A program made the position numbers and the translations under genes. Below the pieces are notes generated by a model. That model had not been told where the DNA came from. It searched no databases and was given only the letters and a program-made list of their open reading frames with translations. From NCBI RefSeq assembly GCF_964194025.1, contig NC_134473.1:27404001-27468000 (forward strand): DNA of 64,000 nt. The letters are read 5' to 3'. Origin of the DNA: Convolutriloba macropyga. Taxonomy: Eukaryota. Positions 51,560-62,935 of this stretch are shown in pieces. Position 1 is the first letter of the stretch, and the number at the start of each line of letters is the position of its first letter.

Positions 51560-54518
51560 TTTTATAACTCTTAGTACCGGGCGACATCTAGAATTACTAC
51601 TGCATAATCGAAAATAATGGGCCCAAAGAAAGAGGCAAAGGATGAAGAGGGTAGAACTCACCGCAGTTGGTAATAAAATCAAACTAATGAACACCTACAT
51701 ACCACCTTCGTCTAGCTGTTATGCAGGATACAAAACATCTGTCAGTAAACTACTAGAGTTAGATGACTCTATTATTGTCGGTGATTTCCGTGCTCATAAC
51801 CCTTTATGGCACTCGAAACTAACTGGAATACACAAGAGAAAACTATATTGTAAGTGAAGTAGACCTCTCTATCATGTAGTACTCAACGATAAGGACAGCA
51901 CAAGAGTAACTAATTCTTGTTAAAGCTCCCCGGACATCAGTCTCGCCAGCTCTACAACAGCAATGAACGTCGATTGGCGCACGGAGTAAGCATTAGGCTC
52001 GGACCATTTACCAATAAATCTATCCATCACCTGTGACTTCATCACACACAACACCACAGATTTCAACTTCCGCAAAGCTGACTGGTCATGTTTTCAAGAC
52101 GACATTGAACTAAAACTGATGAAACAACAGAGGCCAACAAATGTCTACCATGTGGAAAAAATGAAGGAAAGTAATCGATGCAGCGGCTGGCAGGCATATG
52201 CCACAAGGAAGAATTAAAACAACGGTTGCCAATTTTCCCAGCAAAGTATTAAAGATTTCTGAAAAGAGTTTCAAGTCAAAGAAAACATCCAGGGGACCCA
52301 AAGATAACACAACTAAAGCTTGAAATAAACAAACTTCTTCGAAGTCAAAAGCGCAAAAAATGGATCGAGTTTTTACAAACACTTGCAGAGGTAACTGCTA
52401 TAATTTTGGGAGCACAGTAAAAGTTCTTTTGTCAAGTAACTCAACCGCCTACAAAAAGAGCCACATACTGTAACGTTAAGACGACTAAACCTCACCATGA
52501 CCCAAGGAAATGCGCAAACAAGTTAAACCAACAATACACTCCACACACCAAGAAAAATGAAAAACAGAAATAGACTATGAATAATAAGGAAACTGGAGAT
52601 AGAGGGCAGAACGTGTAAAGGTAACACAGTGCACAGTGAAAGAAGCTAGCAGACACCAAGAAAAGTAAGGCAAGCCCCAGATATAATAGCGCCAATCCAC
52701 CTACACCATCGAGGTCCCATGGCACTCAGATACCTCACTGACACCATAAACTTTTCTGTAAGTAGTGCATAGTCCCGTACATCTGGAAAGTTGGCAGGGT
52801 TGCACCCCTACTTACGCCGTGAAAACCATAGAGGAATCTAAAAGGTTCAGATAAATTGCACTCCTCTCCCCCTTGCGGAACTAACAGACAAACTTTTACT
52901 GCTAAAAGACTTTATAAGACTATCCACCAAAAGAATATCAGCGCGGCTTTCGACGTGATTACTCCACAACGATAGCTCTCCAAATTGTCACCAACGATAA
53001 ACAAAGGCTTTTATCTAAAACTTTGCAACCGCTCTCTTCTAGTAGCCTTAGATCTCACTTCCTCTTTCAACACGGTTGATCAGCACCGACTACTAAGAGA
53101 CAGATTCGAGACACCACTACCAAATAGCACAAAAAGATGGTTAGCCTCATACTTACAGGGCAGGTGTTCTTACATAGAATATAACAAAAAATCATTATGT
53201 AAATATCAAACAGGATGTTAAAGGTGGTGTATTATCGCCCAAACTCTTCAACATCTACACGAGCAAGCTGCTTCCCCCAAAAGGAAAAATATCACGTCTT
53301 ACATTGATATAATTTTACTAAATCTCATCCACTGGTTGAAAAATTATGTGCGATGATAACTTGCTACCTATTTATTTTGCCTGACTGGCTAGATTCAAAG
53401 AAAACGCAAGCTATCAGCTGAGAAATCCAGTGCAACTTTGTTCACAACCTGAAGCAAGGAGGCCAAGCTTGATCCACACCTCGCTATCAACAGTACACCA
53501 ATACGAGTAAAGTACTTGGTGTCATCTTCTTTGGTATGCTCAATTTTGAAGAACACGTAAGGAGCACTAAAGAGAAACTACAAAAGCGCAATAACATATT
53601 GAAAAGGATTGCTGGTAGCGACTGGGGCTGCACAAAAGAGACACTCATTGACCTGCAAAGCTATCGACTGGAGCGTTCTGAACTACAGTGCTCCCATTTG
53701 GAACCACCTGCAAACACAAGAAAACGTTGCTTTCGACACAATTACTGGCTCTGTAAAAATTTCTGACCTGAATGACTTACACAATGAGGGTGAAATGCTG
53801 CCTGTTAAAGCCCTCACCGAAATGTTAGCAGAGCAATTGTGAGCCGGCAGTTATCATTGCCACGTGCTGATCATAAAACATTCTCCTCAACCAGTTTTTG
53901 TCCCACGAGACCGACCCTAAACAATACTTAGAGGGACCACGTGAAACAACACACAAACTACAAAGAGCATTTAAATTGCAAGGAATACAAAACTATGCTC
54001 AAAGTATCCGTCGAAACACAGTCCAGACTCAAAGACAGCAAGCCACTAGGCTCGCCTCCAACAACGATAGCAGAAGAACAAACGCTACCACTAATTGCAC
54101 GTATCCGACTAACCTAACAGGAAACTGGATATTGCCCCCTGCTAAACTCTTACTTGAATATGATCTGTTATAATGTCCGTAATCACCGTTGTCCCAATTG
54201 TGAAGTATCACCACGTGATGGAAACCACATTTTCAACTGCAGTAAGAACAGCACGGACCTGAAAGTGATTGACTTGTGGGAAAGACCAATAGAGGTAGCT
54301 AAGTGGCTGGACTAAATACCATCAGTCCAAGTCGACCACACTGCACATAACAATCTGCCTTCCTTGCCACCTTTCCTTCGCTGTTGACGATGCGCCTCGG
54401 GGACCGCCTAACGCTGGGACCGCTTGTTCACCATGGCGTAAATGCAGAAAGGTCGCCGCACCACAAACAAGTTGTAGATAGGCAGTCACACTGCTACTAA
54501 TATGTGTATTATTATTAT
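51560..54518 (+). mobile_element. Decayed LINE ORF2 (APE + RT + CCHC), I-group/Ingi-like, with GC-rich 3' region and (TAT)n tail; 5' end approximate
   Basis: NTYIPP, IVGDFRAH, SPDISL, GSDHLPI, VALDL.SSFNTVD, GGVLSPKLFNIY, KYLGV, AGSDWGCTKETL, CPNC...HIFNC, DLWERPIEVAKWL; many stops. Confidence 0.88.
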
Positions 54519-54875
54519 GATACAAATGCAACTGAGGTACAAGTTAGAAATGGCTATAAGTGTCGGTATCCCGCCAAAATTACCTGCGAATTGCAGCTCT
54601 GTGTGACAGCTATAACCACGACAACATTTAGAAATACTGAACATAAGCTGATTTTATTGCTGATATTGCTAGGCAAACAACAAGTGTATACAAGCATGAA
54701 TAAATATTTTCTTTTGAACGACTCAAACGCATAAGGCTATCAATTTTTCTACATTTCAGTATTTCGATAATTGGTTGCAATATCTTTGAGGCTAGGGATA
54801 ACTTTGCGAAATCACAGGCGCTCCAGCCTCCTTGTTGGGAGTAGCCAAAGAAAAACTTTTTCAGATGTTAGTAAA

Positions 54876-55042
54876 ATGAACACAAAAGGGGATGTGAGTG
54901 GAGGTGGGAATGCAATGGCGGCTGCTGCCAAACAACAACAACAAATGGAGCAGATGGAGAGAAAACAGCAACAGAAAGAAGCTTACGAAGAGGCGAGGCA
55001 AACATTGCTACACAATGCCTTAGACCAGAACGCCTTAGCCAG
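54876..55042 (+). CDS. PDCD5: Programmed cell death protein 5 exon 1
   Basis: EEARQTLLHNALDQNALA R|gtacgc, phase 2; start codon less certain than the donor. Confidence 0.85.
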
Positions 55043-55223
55043 GTACGCTCATGTCGTTCTGAAAAAGATCGGCAGAAGAGAGGGGTGTAGATCGGGTTTT
55101 ACGATTGAAAGAATATGAAGTGAATTGATGCTTCAGAAATTGAGTGAAGATTTTGCTTCGACCTGAGGACTGCAATTATATCAGTAATTAAATTTTTCAT
55201 TGTCTTTGGCGTGAGTTCGTTTA

Positions 55224-57217
55224 TTGATAGCCGCGAAAAGATAGCGGCTATTATTGGGGACATCGTGTTTTTTTTACAATTCAAAGAATTGGAATTGTAT
55301 TGGGCCGCTGTCTTTTTACGACTCGAAGAGGAGCATTGGAGAAGTCCTTTTTAATCAATTTTATTGGAGTGTATTTTGAAGCAGGAAACACGTGAAAAAA
55401 TTTGGAGTGATTTTGTTGCTGGACAAAATGAAGAGTAGAGCGAAAAGAGATTGGTTTTTTTGTTCTTATTGCTGTTTTCTAGAGAGCGATAAATTGAGGC
55501 GTGAAAAATAAATTCTGTAACCGAGCGAAATCTTTTGTTCACGTGCGGCATTTTAAAAGTTTTTTTCAATTTTTTTTTGGTTGTGATTTTGTCTTAATTT
55601 CAGGCTAGTTATGGTAGTGGCTTGAAGGTTTCTGGAAACTCATATGCATTTATTTTATACTAATTCGGAGGTTTTTCGTGTATCTTGATGAATTCTGGGC
55701 TAACTTTTGTTTCTTAGCCTTTTATCACTTGCCTATTGTTTTCCAAGCATATTTATACCCTATTGGCTGAAAGGAATTTTTCTTTGGATTTATGTGCTTT
55801 TGTAATATAAAATTTTGTTTGAAAGTTATATAAAAGTTGTTTGAAAGAGCTTATTTTTTCATGATTTGGCTTCAAGTATTTTTAAAGGAAAATTCTCATA
55901 AGTGGTTTTCGTAGGCACTAGTTGTTTTGATGGCAGAGATAGAGGGATCTCAATTTATGTCAAAAATGGATTCGATTTTTATCATATTTTAATAGATTTG
56001 ATTTTCTTGCTTATACTTTTTTGTTTTGCGGTTTTTTTTTCAAGATAATCATTAATTAAAGGAGGCACGTTTTGTCTGATGAGTATTTGGATGGCGTTTC
56101 AGTGGATTTCCACTTCGAGTCGTGTACACTCATAGTCACTTCTAGGTTTATTTTTTAAGTAGTCAATGAGAATTCCTTGAACTGTACGCCAGGACTGTTC
56201 CTGCTAAGTTTTTTAATTCGTCTCATTCAATGATTCTTGCGATTATTGAATTTTTCTATTTCACTGACTTCTATTAAAAAGTTATTATTATTATTATTAT
56301 TAATAAAAAAATTATTATTATTATTATTATCATCATCATCATTATTAGTATTATTTAAAAAAGACAAACGAACTCCTAACTAGTAAACATCCAAAAATAC
56401 CGACCGCATCAAATTGTCGCCGTAAAAAAACAAATTATCAAGTTAATTTATATCAAGCAAACTTTTATGGGATGTGCGAAACAAAAGTGTCTACCAAAAA
56501 CTACAACACTAAATTTTGCAGCTTATACAGAAAATATTCTGCCCGTCAAACCTAAAGCGATAAGAACAGGTGTAGAGGATAGATCAAATTAGGAAATCAA
56601 TAGGTTTATGGTTTTTGTTTCAAGATAATCATAAATTAGAGGAGGCACGTTTTGTCTGATGAGTAATTGGATGACGTTCAAGTGGATTTCCACTTCGAGT
56701 CGTGTACACTCATAGTTCATTCTACGTCTATTTTTTTGTGTAGTCAGTGAGTCTTCCTTGAATTGTACGCCAGGACTTTTCCTGCTAAGTTTTTTAATTC
56801 GTGGTCTCATTCGATGATTCTAGCGACTATTGAATTTTTCAATTTCACTGACTTCTACTGCTTTGCATATAAAATTTGTGTGCTTGACGTAATTTGAGCT
56901 TTAGGTCAATTGCGTGACTTACCTCACTCAAAAAATGACTTCTGAACTCAACTCACTTAATGAACTTTATATTTTGTGAACATTTTTTTAAAGATTAATA
57001 TTGTGCATAATGATTACTAGTGTGCATCTAAGTAGTGTCAAACGTATATGCCCTAATTCATGAGTATTAGAGTCTTGAGTTTTTGATTTCTAATATTAAT
57101 TTTGAAAAGCTCTATTAGGGCTTTCCTTATAGAGTATATTTTTTCTTTTGTTGTTTCATTTCGATGGAAGGCCACAGGCGTCTATCGCGGCTATTTTCCG
57201 GCAATCTCCCGGGTTTG
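55224..57217 (+). mobile_element. Composite HINE subfamily-2 element(s) with internal duplication, (TTA)n tract and an extra ~250-bp segment
   Basis: 5' GATAGCCGCGAAAAGATAGCGGCTATTATTGGGGACATC; 56040-56272 repeated at 56620-56858; 3' TCGCGGCTATTTTCCGGCAATCTCCCGG. Confidence 0.75.
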
Positions 57218-57742
57218 TTTTGCATTTATTGAAGTTTTTGTCAATTATTGTAAACATTTGTGGCTTTTCTATGCACATTTCTTGCTTGACCGTTTCGCTA
57301 GAGAATATTCCTCTGCTCGCTTTGAGTTGACTTTTCGGGTGACTTTTAAATACTCTCGAAAGAAGTTTGAAACAATTAATATAAACGTGTCTTTTCTGAT
57401 TGCACGTTATTGCAGTCCTCCCATACAACCTTCACAATCCTACCTCTTCCATCGCTTGACCCCCACTCCCCTACTCCCACTTAATGTGAGCATCCCTATG
57501 CCCCAGCTGGCTACTACCGAAGTCAACGACAAACCTCGAATTTCATGTTAAATTCCATGAGATTCGATGAATCATAGAATTGTTCAAATACTACTTGCGT
57601 TACTTAGATAAATTCATCAAATTAGGTCAAATTTTGTATATTAGTGGAAAAGCGGCATGGGAAGTTCAATACAAACTGTTTTGAGGTTTGAGTCGGGAGA
57701 ATGGCTTTCAAACTACCGACGAACAGCTGACTTTGGGTCTTC

Positions 57743-58905
57743 AATGTCTTTCCCCTATTAAATCTGTTCGGGGTCAAAATTTGTTCCGGGAAACGCGTGC
57801 GTGAACAAAATCGAAACATTTTTATCTCAAACTCGTCAAGGGACTAAACGTGCATAAAGGAAAGGATTCAACAGGAAAAACAAACAGAACTAAAACTGTT
57901 GAACATAGCCGCAAATTGCCGCAAAACAGCCGCGATAGACGCTTGTGGCCTTCCATGGAATTGAAACAACTAAAGAAATAATATACAGATTGACCACCAG
58001 TCTTTTAATAGATCACTGGACTTTTTGGATTAGATTAGGAATGTCATTGTTATGAGGCACATACGCTCTGTAAGGAGGAAACCCTAATAGAGCTTTTCAA
58101 AATTAATAATAGAAAATAAAAACTCATGAGTATTACAGTCTTAATACTCATGAGTTAGGGCATATATAACGTATATGCCCTAACTCATGAGTATTACAGT
58201 CTTAATACTCATGAGTTAGGGCATATACGTTTGACACTACTTAGATGCACACTAATAATCTTTATGCACACTATTAGTCTTTAACCAGAAATTGTTCACA
58301 AAATATAAATTTCATTAAGTGAGTTGAGTTCAGACGTCATTTTTTGAGTGAGGTAAGTCACGCAATTGACCTAAAGCTCAAATTACGTCAAGCACACAAA
58401 TTTTAACTGCAAAGCAGTAGAAGTCAGTGAAATTGAAAAATTCAATAGTCGCAAGAATCATCGAATGAGACGACGAATTAAAAAACTTAGCAGGAAAAGT
58501 CCTGGCGTACAATTCAAGGAATACTCATTGACTACACACAAAATAGACCTAGAATGGACTACGAGTGTACAAGACTCGAAGTGGAAATCCACTTGAACGT
58601 CATCCAATTACTCATCAGACAAAACGTGCCTCCTCTAATTTATGATTATCTTGAAACAAAAACCATAAACCTATTGATTTCCTAATTTGATCTATCCTCT
58701 ACACCTGTTCTTATCGTTTTAGGTTTGACGGGTAGAATATTTTCTGTATAAGCTGCAAAATTTAGTCTTGTAGTTTTTGGTAGACACTTTTTTTTCGCAC
58801 ATCCCATAAAAGTTTGCTTGATATAAATTTACTTGATAATTTGTTTTTTTACGGCGACAATTTGATGCGGTCGGTATTTTTGGATGTTTAATAGTTAGGA
58901 GTTCG
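57743..58905 (-). mobile_element. Inverted HINE subfamily-2 copy plus ~160 bp of 3' flank shared with 8686-8846
   Basis: 57902-58905 is the reverse complement of ~56369-57210; 57743-57901 is the reverse complement of 8686-8846. Confidence 0.85.
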
Positions 58906-59052
58906 NNNNNNNNNNNNNNNNNNNNNNNNNNNNNNNNNNNNNNNNNNNNNNNNNNNNNNNNNNNNNNNNNNNNNNNNNNNNNNNNNNNNNNNNNNNNNNN
59001 NNNNNNNNNNNNNNNNNNNNNNNNNNNNNNNNNNNNNNNNNNNNNNNNNNNN
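58906..59052. other. Assembly gap
   Basis: Run of N. Confidence 1.
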
Positions 59053-59065
59053 AAAAGGGGATGCA

Positions 59066-59492
59066 GATAATTCCCGGAAGGCATTAAGTTGCTGACTAGC
59101 TCTCTTAGAGTTGTACTAGTCTTCAAAAGTACAATGCGCCAAAGCTGCTCAGAAGACATAAATTATAAAAAATCATGGTGCAAAGGGCCATTTGCACCCC
59201 CTCACTCCATCCGCAAACCCCTCCCCTATTGTAACCCCTGCCTAATGCTAGCCTCCCTGAGCACAAGCTGGCTACTAATCACTTGCGGGTCGTTTGAGAG
59301 GAATTCGCTCGATGGTTGTCGGCTATGTTTCGGAAATTTGGCCCCTCATCTTGTTCCAACCAACCCTCCATTGCCCCCTCAACCCTTTCATCAAACCAGT
59401 GAGGCTAACTTCCTTAAGTTTGACCTACCTATTACCGAAGGCAAATGATCGTACTTCGTTAGAGAGCAATTTGTCCGCTATTAGTCGGTTAT
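59066..59492 (+). mobile_element. Repeat family B copy with internally duplicated 3' part
   Basis: GGCATTAAG...ACTAGTCTTCAAAAGTA; CGTTWGAGAG.AATT...GTCGGYTAT at ~59291-59325 and ~59457-59492. Confidence 0.6.
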
Positions 59493-59512
59493 CTTTTATC
59501 TTTTTTAATTTT

Positions 59513-59679
59513 GGATCGTTTCCGTTTGTGCCCCCCCCCCCCCGTACGTTATGCGCCCCCAGTTACAGAGCACGTGCCATTGTATAGTAAATTATCATGT
59601 AAAGATATGGCACGTGCGTCTGGGGGGTGCAAATAATATGAGCCCACTAAGCTTGGGGGGGCACAAACGGAAAAGATCC
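59513..59679. mobile_element. MITE of the GGATC...GATCC family within the PDCD5 acceptor region
   Basis: TIRs GGATCGTTTCCGTTTGTGCCCCCC and GGGGGGCACAAACGGAAAAGATCC; flanks TTAATTTT and TAAATTTT (7/8 match). Confidence 0.85.
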
Positions 59680-59690
59680 TAAATTTTTAG

Positions 59691-59898
59691 ATATAACAGT
59701 ATCCTCATGACGAAACCCGAGTATGCTCAAAAACTGGAACCGTTCATCATTCGGGCGGGACAGTCCGGTCAACAGATTAGCGATGCACAATTTAAACAAC
59801 TCCTAGAACAGTTCAGTCAGCAAGCTAAGCCCAAAAGTTCCAAAGTTAATTTCCAAAGGAGGCGAGTAGATTCAGATGACGACGATGATGATTTTTGA
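59691..59898 (+). CDS. PDCD5: PDCD5 exon 2 (terminal); spliced protein 124 aa
   Basis: ttttag|A TAT gives YNSILMTKPEYAQKLE...SGQQISDAQFKQLLEQ...KVNFQRRRVDSDDDDDDF*, the typical PDCD5 C-terminus. Confidence 0.9.
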
Positions 59899-60370
59899 TT
59901 TTAATTGACCTATTTCTGCCACTTCTTTTGAAATCGTATCTGCGTTCAATGGGTTATGATGTGATATAATGTGCAAGTGTGATTTAAAAATTGATCGGTA
60001 AAAATTGCCGTCTTTGTTCATTGTTCGGCTTGAAGCACGGTCTGAGTAAAGCTAGACGTTTAAAGTTTTGAATTATTTCATGTACGTTGCTAGACATCTT
60101 AGCAGCTAAAATCAGAGCTCGCAAAATGTACTAAAGAGTTTAGAATCGTTTAATATTAAAGGATATGACCGACAAATCCAAAGTTTGTACTTTATTCATG
60201 TGTGTAAGTAGTACCTCTGAGTTTCAATTTCAGATAATTTGATCAGCTCTGAACGCTGAAATGAGCTTTGTTTGTTGAAAGCATTTGAGGTGCTACGTGT
60301 TCAACCGATTTGTACTAAGTCTGTGTCAAATTTGCTCCGTGCAAACTTAACCAACTGAAATCTCATCGTA

Positions 60371-62564
60371 ATGGCCGAAACTGGCGATTCTACTGCAAAC
60401 GAGCCCAATCTACAGAATTGCCATGAACCAAAATTGACCGGGGAAGACTCTGCAAAGGAAGATCCGCTGCTATGTGTTGATGTTGACCACGAATCTCAAT
60501 TGAACAAAGAGGAGGGATCATTAGAGGGGCACCCAGAAAATAGCCAGATTTCAAAATTGGGTGAAAGTTCCGAAAAGGAAGGATTGGAGCAGATTCCTGA
60601 AGCTGCAGAGACACCAAAGATAGCTTCAGAAAATTACATTGATCAAAAATCAGAAATTGACTCTCAAAATGGACACGAAACGAAATCGGATGATGCCAGT
60701 TTTGAAAATGAGGACCAACAAGTGCCGGACAACATAAAAAGAGCTAACATTGAGGAAAAGGAGGAAAAAATCACTGAACCAACGAGCGAGAGTGAAAATC
60801 AAGAAAGTTTACATTTAGAAATTGTAGAGCAATCTACTGAAGAAACCGAAATTAACTCTCAGGTAAATGAAACAACTGAAAGTGATATGTATACTGGAAG
60901 TTCAATGACTGGAGACACCACTTCGCAAATGATAACAGCACGAGAAAACAATTCGGAGGAAAGGGAAAGTAACACAGTTTTAGTTGAAGTTAGTGCTACC
61001 AATACAGAAGAGACTTTACAGTCAACTGAAAACGAGGGTGTAAGTGAAGCTAACACTGTTGCAGAGAAATCTACAGAAAATGGAGGAACTAGCTCTTTTG
61101 ATTTAAGCCTCGTACACGCTGGTGCTGAAACAAATAGTAGTTCTATTGTTGGAGAGGGTTTGCAAATCAAGGATTACGAAATGCCGCCTGTTCCAGAAAT
61201 ATCAGATAGTAGTCAGGCGTCTGAAAACATTGACAATAGTTCGTTTCTGAACATTTCAGAAGCAACTGGTTCTTCAACTTCCGACCAATCTGCTACAAGT
61301 TTTGGAGTTCTAACTACAAACGATGATTCGGCCTCCAATGTGTGCGAAAAGTCAGACAGCAATTTACCATATTTGGAAAGTGCTAGTTTGCCGAGCAATT
61401 CGGAAGTGAGCTCTTCATCTGCTCTTGACGTTGCTGAGAACATGAGTGAGTCTTCCAAGGGTACAAACCTGGAATTGAGTGCTGAGAGATTTGCAGCAAT
61501 GGAAGAAAGTTCAACTGCGAGCGTTGACCAGCCTCGTGATGTTGACAGTTGTTCTACTGACTTCGAAAGTTGCTCTTACTTAGAAGAGCCGATGGTCCCG
61601 AATTCAGGTGTTTCAACAAATCCTTCTGAAAACCAGGTTTTGCCAAGCGATCAGAGCAAGTATGAAACTGAGGATTCACGCAACGCAGTGTCTAGTGGTC
61701 CTTGTATGTCATCTTCGGTAAATTTGACGACCGAAAGTTTCACGGAGGCGACAAGCGATGATTTTAACAGCAATGATCATTCCAAAAGCGAAGCCAGCTT
61801 CGCCGTATCTACAGCTACAGAAGATGCTAATTCCAATATCTCAAACGGTGCTATTGAAAAAGTAAACGGTGCAGCTGGTGATTTGGAAGAAATGCCTTAT
61901 AACGAAGAGGATACCAGAAAAGTTAATGAACTGTACAAACAGATTAAATTCCAGAATGAGGTCCAAATTAAAGATATAGAAGACGCAAATGTTAACGATA
62001 TCGAACCGACCAATGAGAATGAAAATGTTGAAGATGAAAATGACGTCGTTGTTTCTGATGTCAGAGATGCCGACATTCAGTCGCAGCTTCTGAAACGAAC
62101 CGAATCGTGTCTAACTGATGTGACTATGAGTAATCTCTCGACTTGTGTTAATTATTCGGCATCAGACGCCGGAGATGTCGATGATTTGCTAGCCAATGAA
62201 AGCGAGTTGTCTAATGATGCTATTGTGCAGGATGTCGAATCTGGACTATCCGGTCGTTCAGAAGGTGACGTTGAGCAGCCGCGAATGGATCCAGTTAAAG
62301 ATACGAACTCTTCAGATAACCAGGAGCAAACAGAAACGGACCAAGCACAGGGGGATGTTGACAGAGCAGATGTTTCAAATAAAGAAGAGGAAACAACACA
62401 CGAGTCTCCCAATAAAGATGTTGACTTAAGTGGTGGAAGCACTTTGGTGGATTCGGAGTACGTTCCGCATCACGAGACGGATGAAGAAGTTGCGGACAGT
62501 GGAGATGTTCAAGATAAAGAAGTAGATGAGCAGAACAATAACAGTTGCAATCTTGTCGGCGAAG
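60371..62564 (+). CDS. FKBP8: Exon 1 of an FKBP8-like gene: ~731-aa acidic, Ser/Glu/Asp-rich disordered region
   Basis: Long open frame; donor GAA G|GTAATA (phase 1) splices in frame to 62865; identity rests on exon 2. Confidence 0.7.
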
Positions 62565-62864
62565 GTAATAACTTTACTTTTATATAAATCTCGACAATGA
62601 TTGTTATACAGGAGTTTCAACCTCGTTTCTCAACATCATTTAAAATGTCAATGCTCAGACAAACAAGTCTGAAAGAAAGTAGTCGAAAACCGTTCGTCTT
62701 TTAGCTACAGTCGAAACTCTATGATGGACGACTCATAACGGAAAAAAATTTTACTATGCTGTTTTATATGTTAAAGCAAACATTAATTGTTTGTGAACGT
62801 TTTGAGTGTTTGAATCTTCTTCGTTTGCATTCGATACTGAATTAATCTACTAATTTTGATTCAG

Positions 62865-62935
62865 GCAACGAGAAGGAAAGCGTGGAACCACCAGCTTGGG
62901 ACGATATTTTGGGCACGGGTTGTCTACGTCGAAAG
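62865..62935 (+). CDS. FKBP8: Exon 2 of the FKBP8-like gene (start of FKBP domain); remainder not identified in this window
   Basis: ttcag|GC AAC gives NEKESVEPPAWDDILGTGCLRRK|gtaagg, resembling FKBP8 W-x-DILG-x-G-x-LRKK. Confidence 0.7.

Noticed and set aside
56070-56720. CTGATGAG words suggesting hammerhead ribozymes
   Set aside because: No stem II followed by GAAA and no stem III pairing found
60204-60233. GTAAGT...TTTCAG as a 30-nt 5' UTR intron of FKBP8
   Set aside because: Far shorter than any confirmed intron here (minimum 163 nt); not strictly excluded without RNA data
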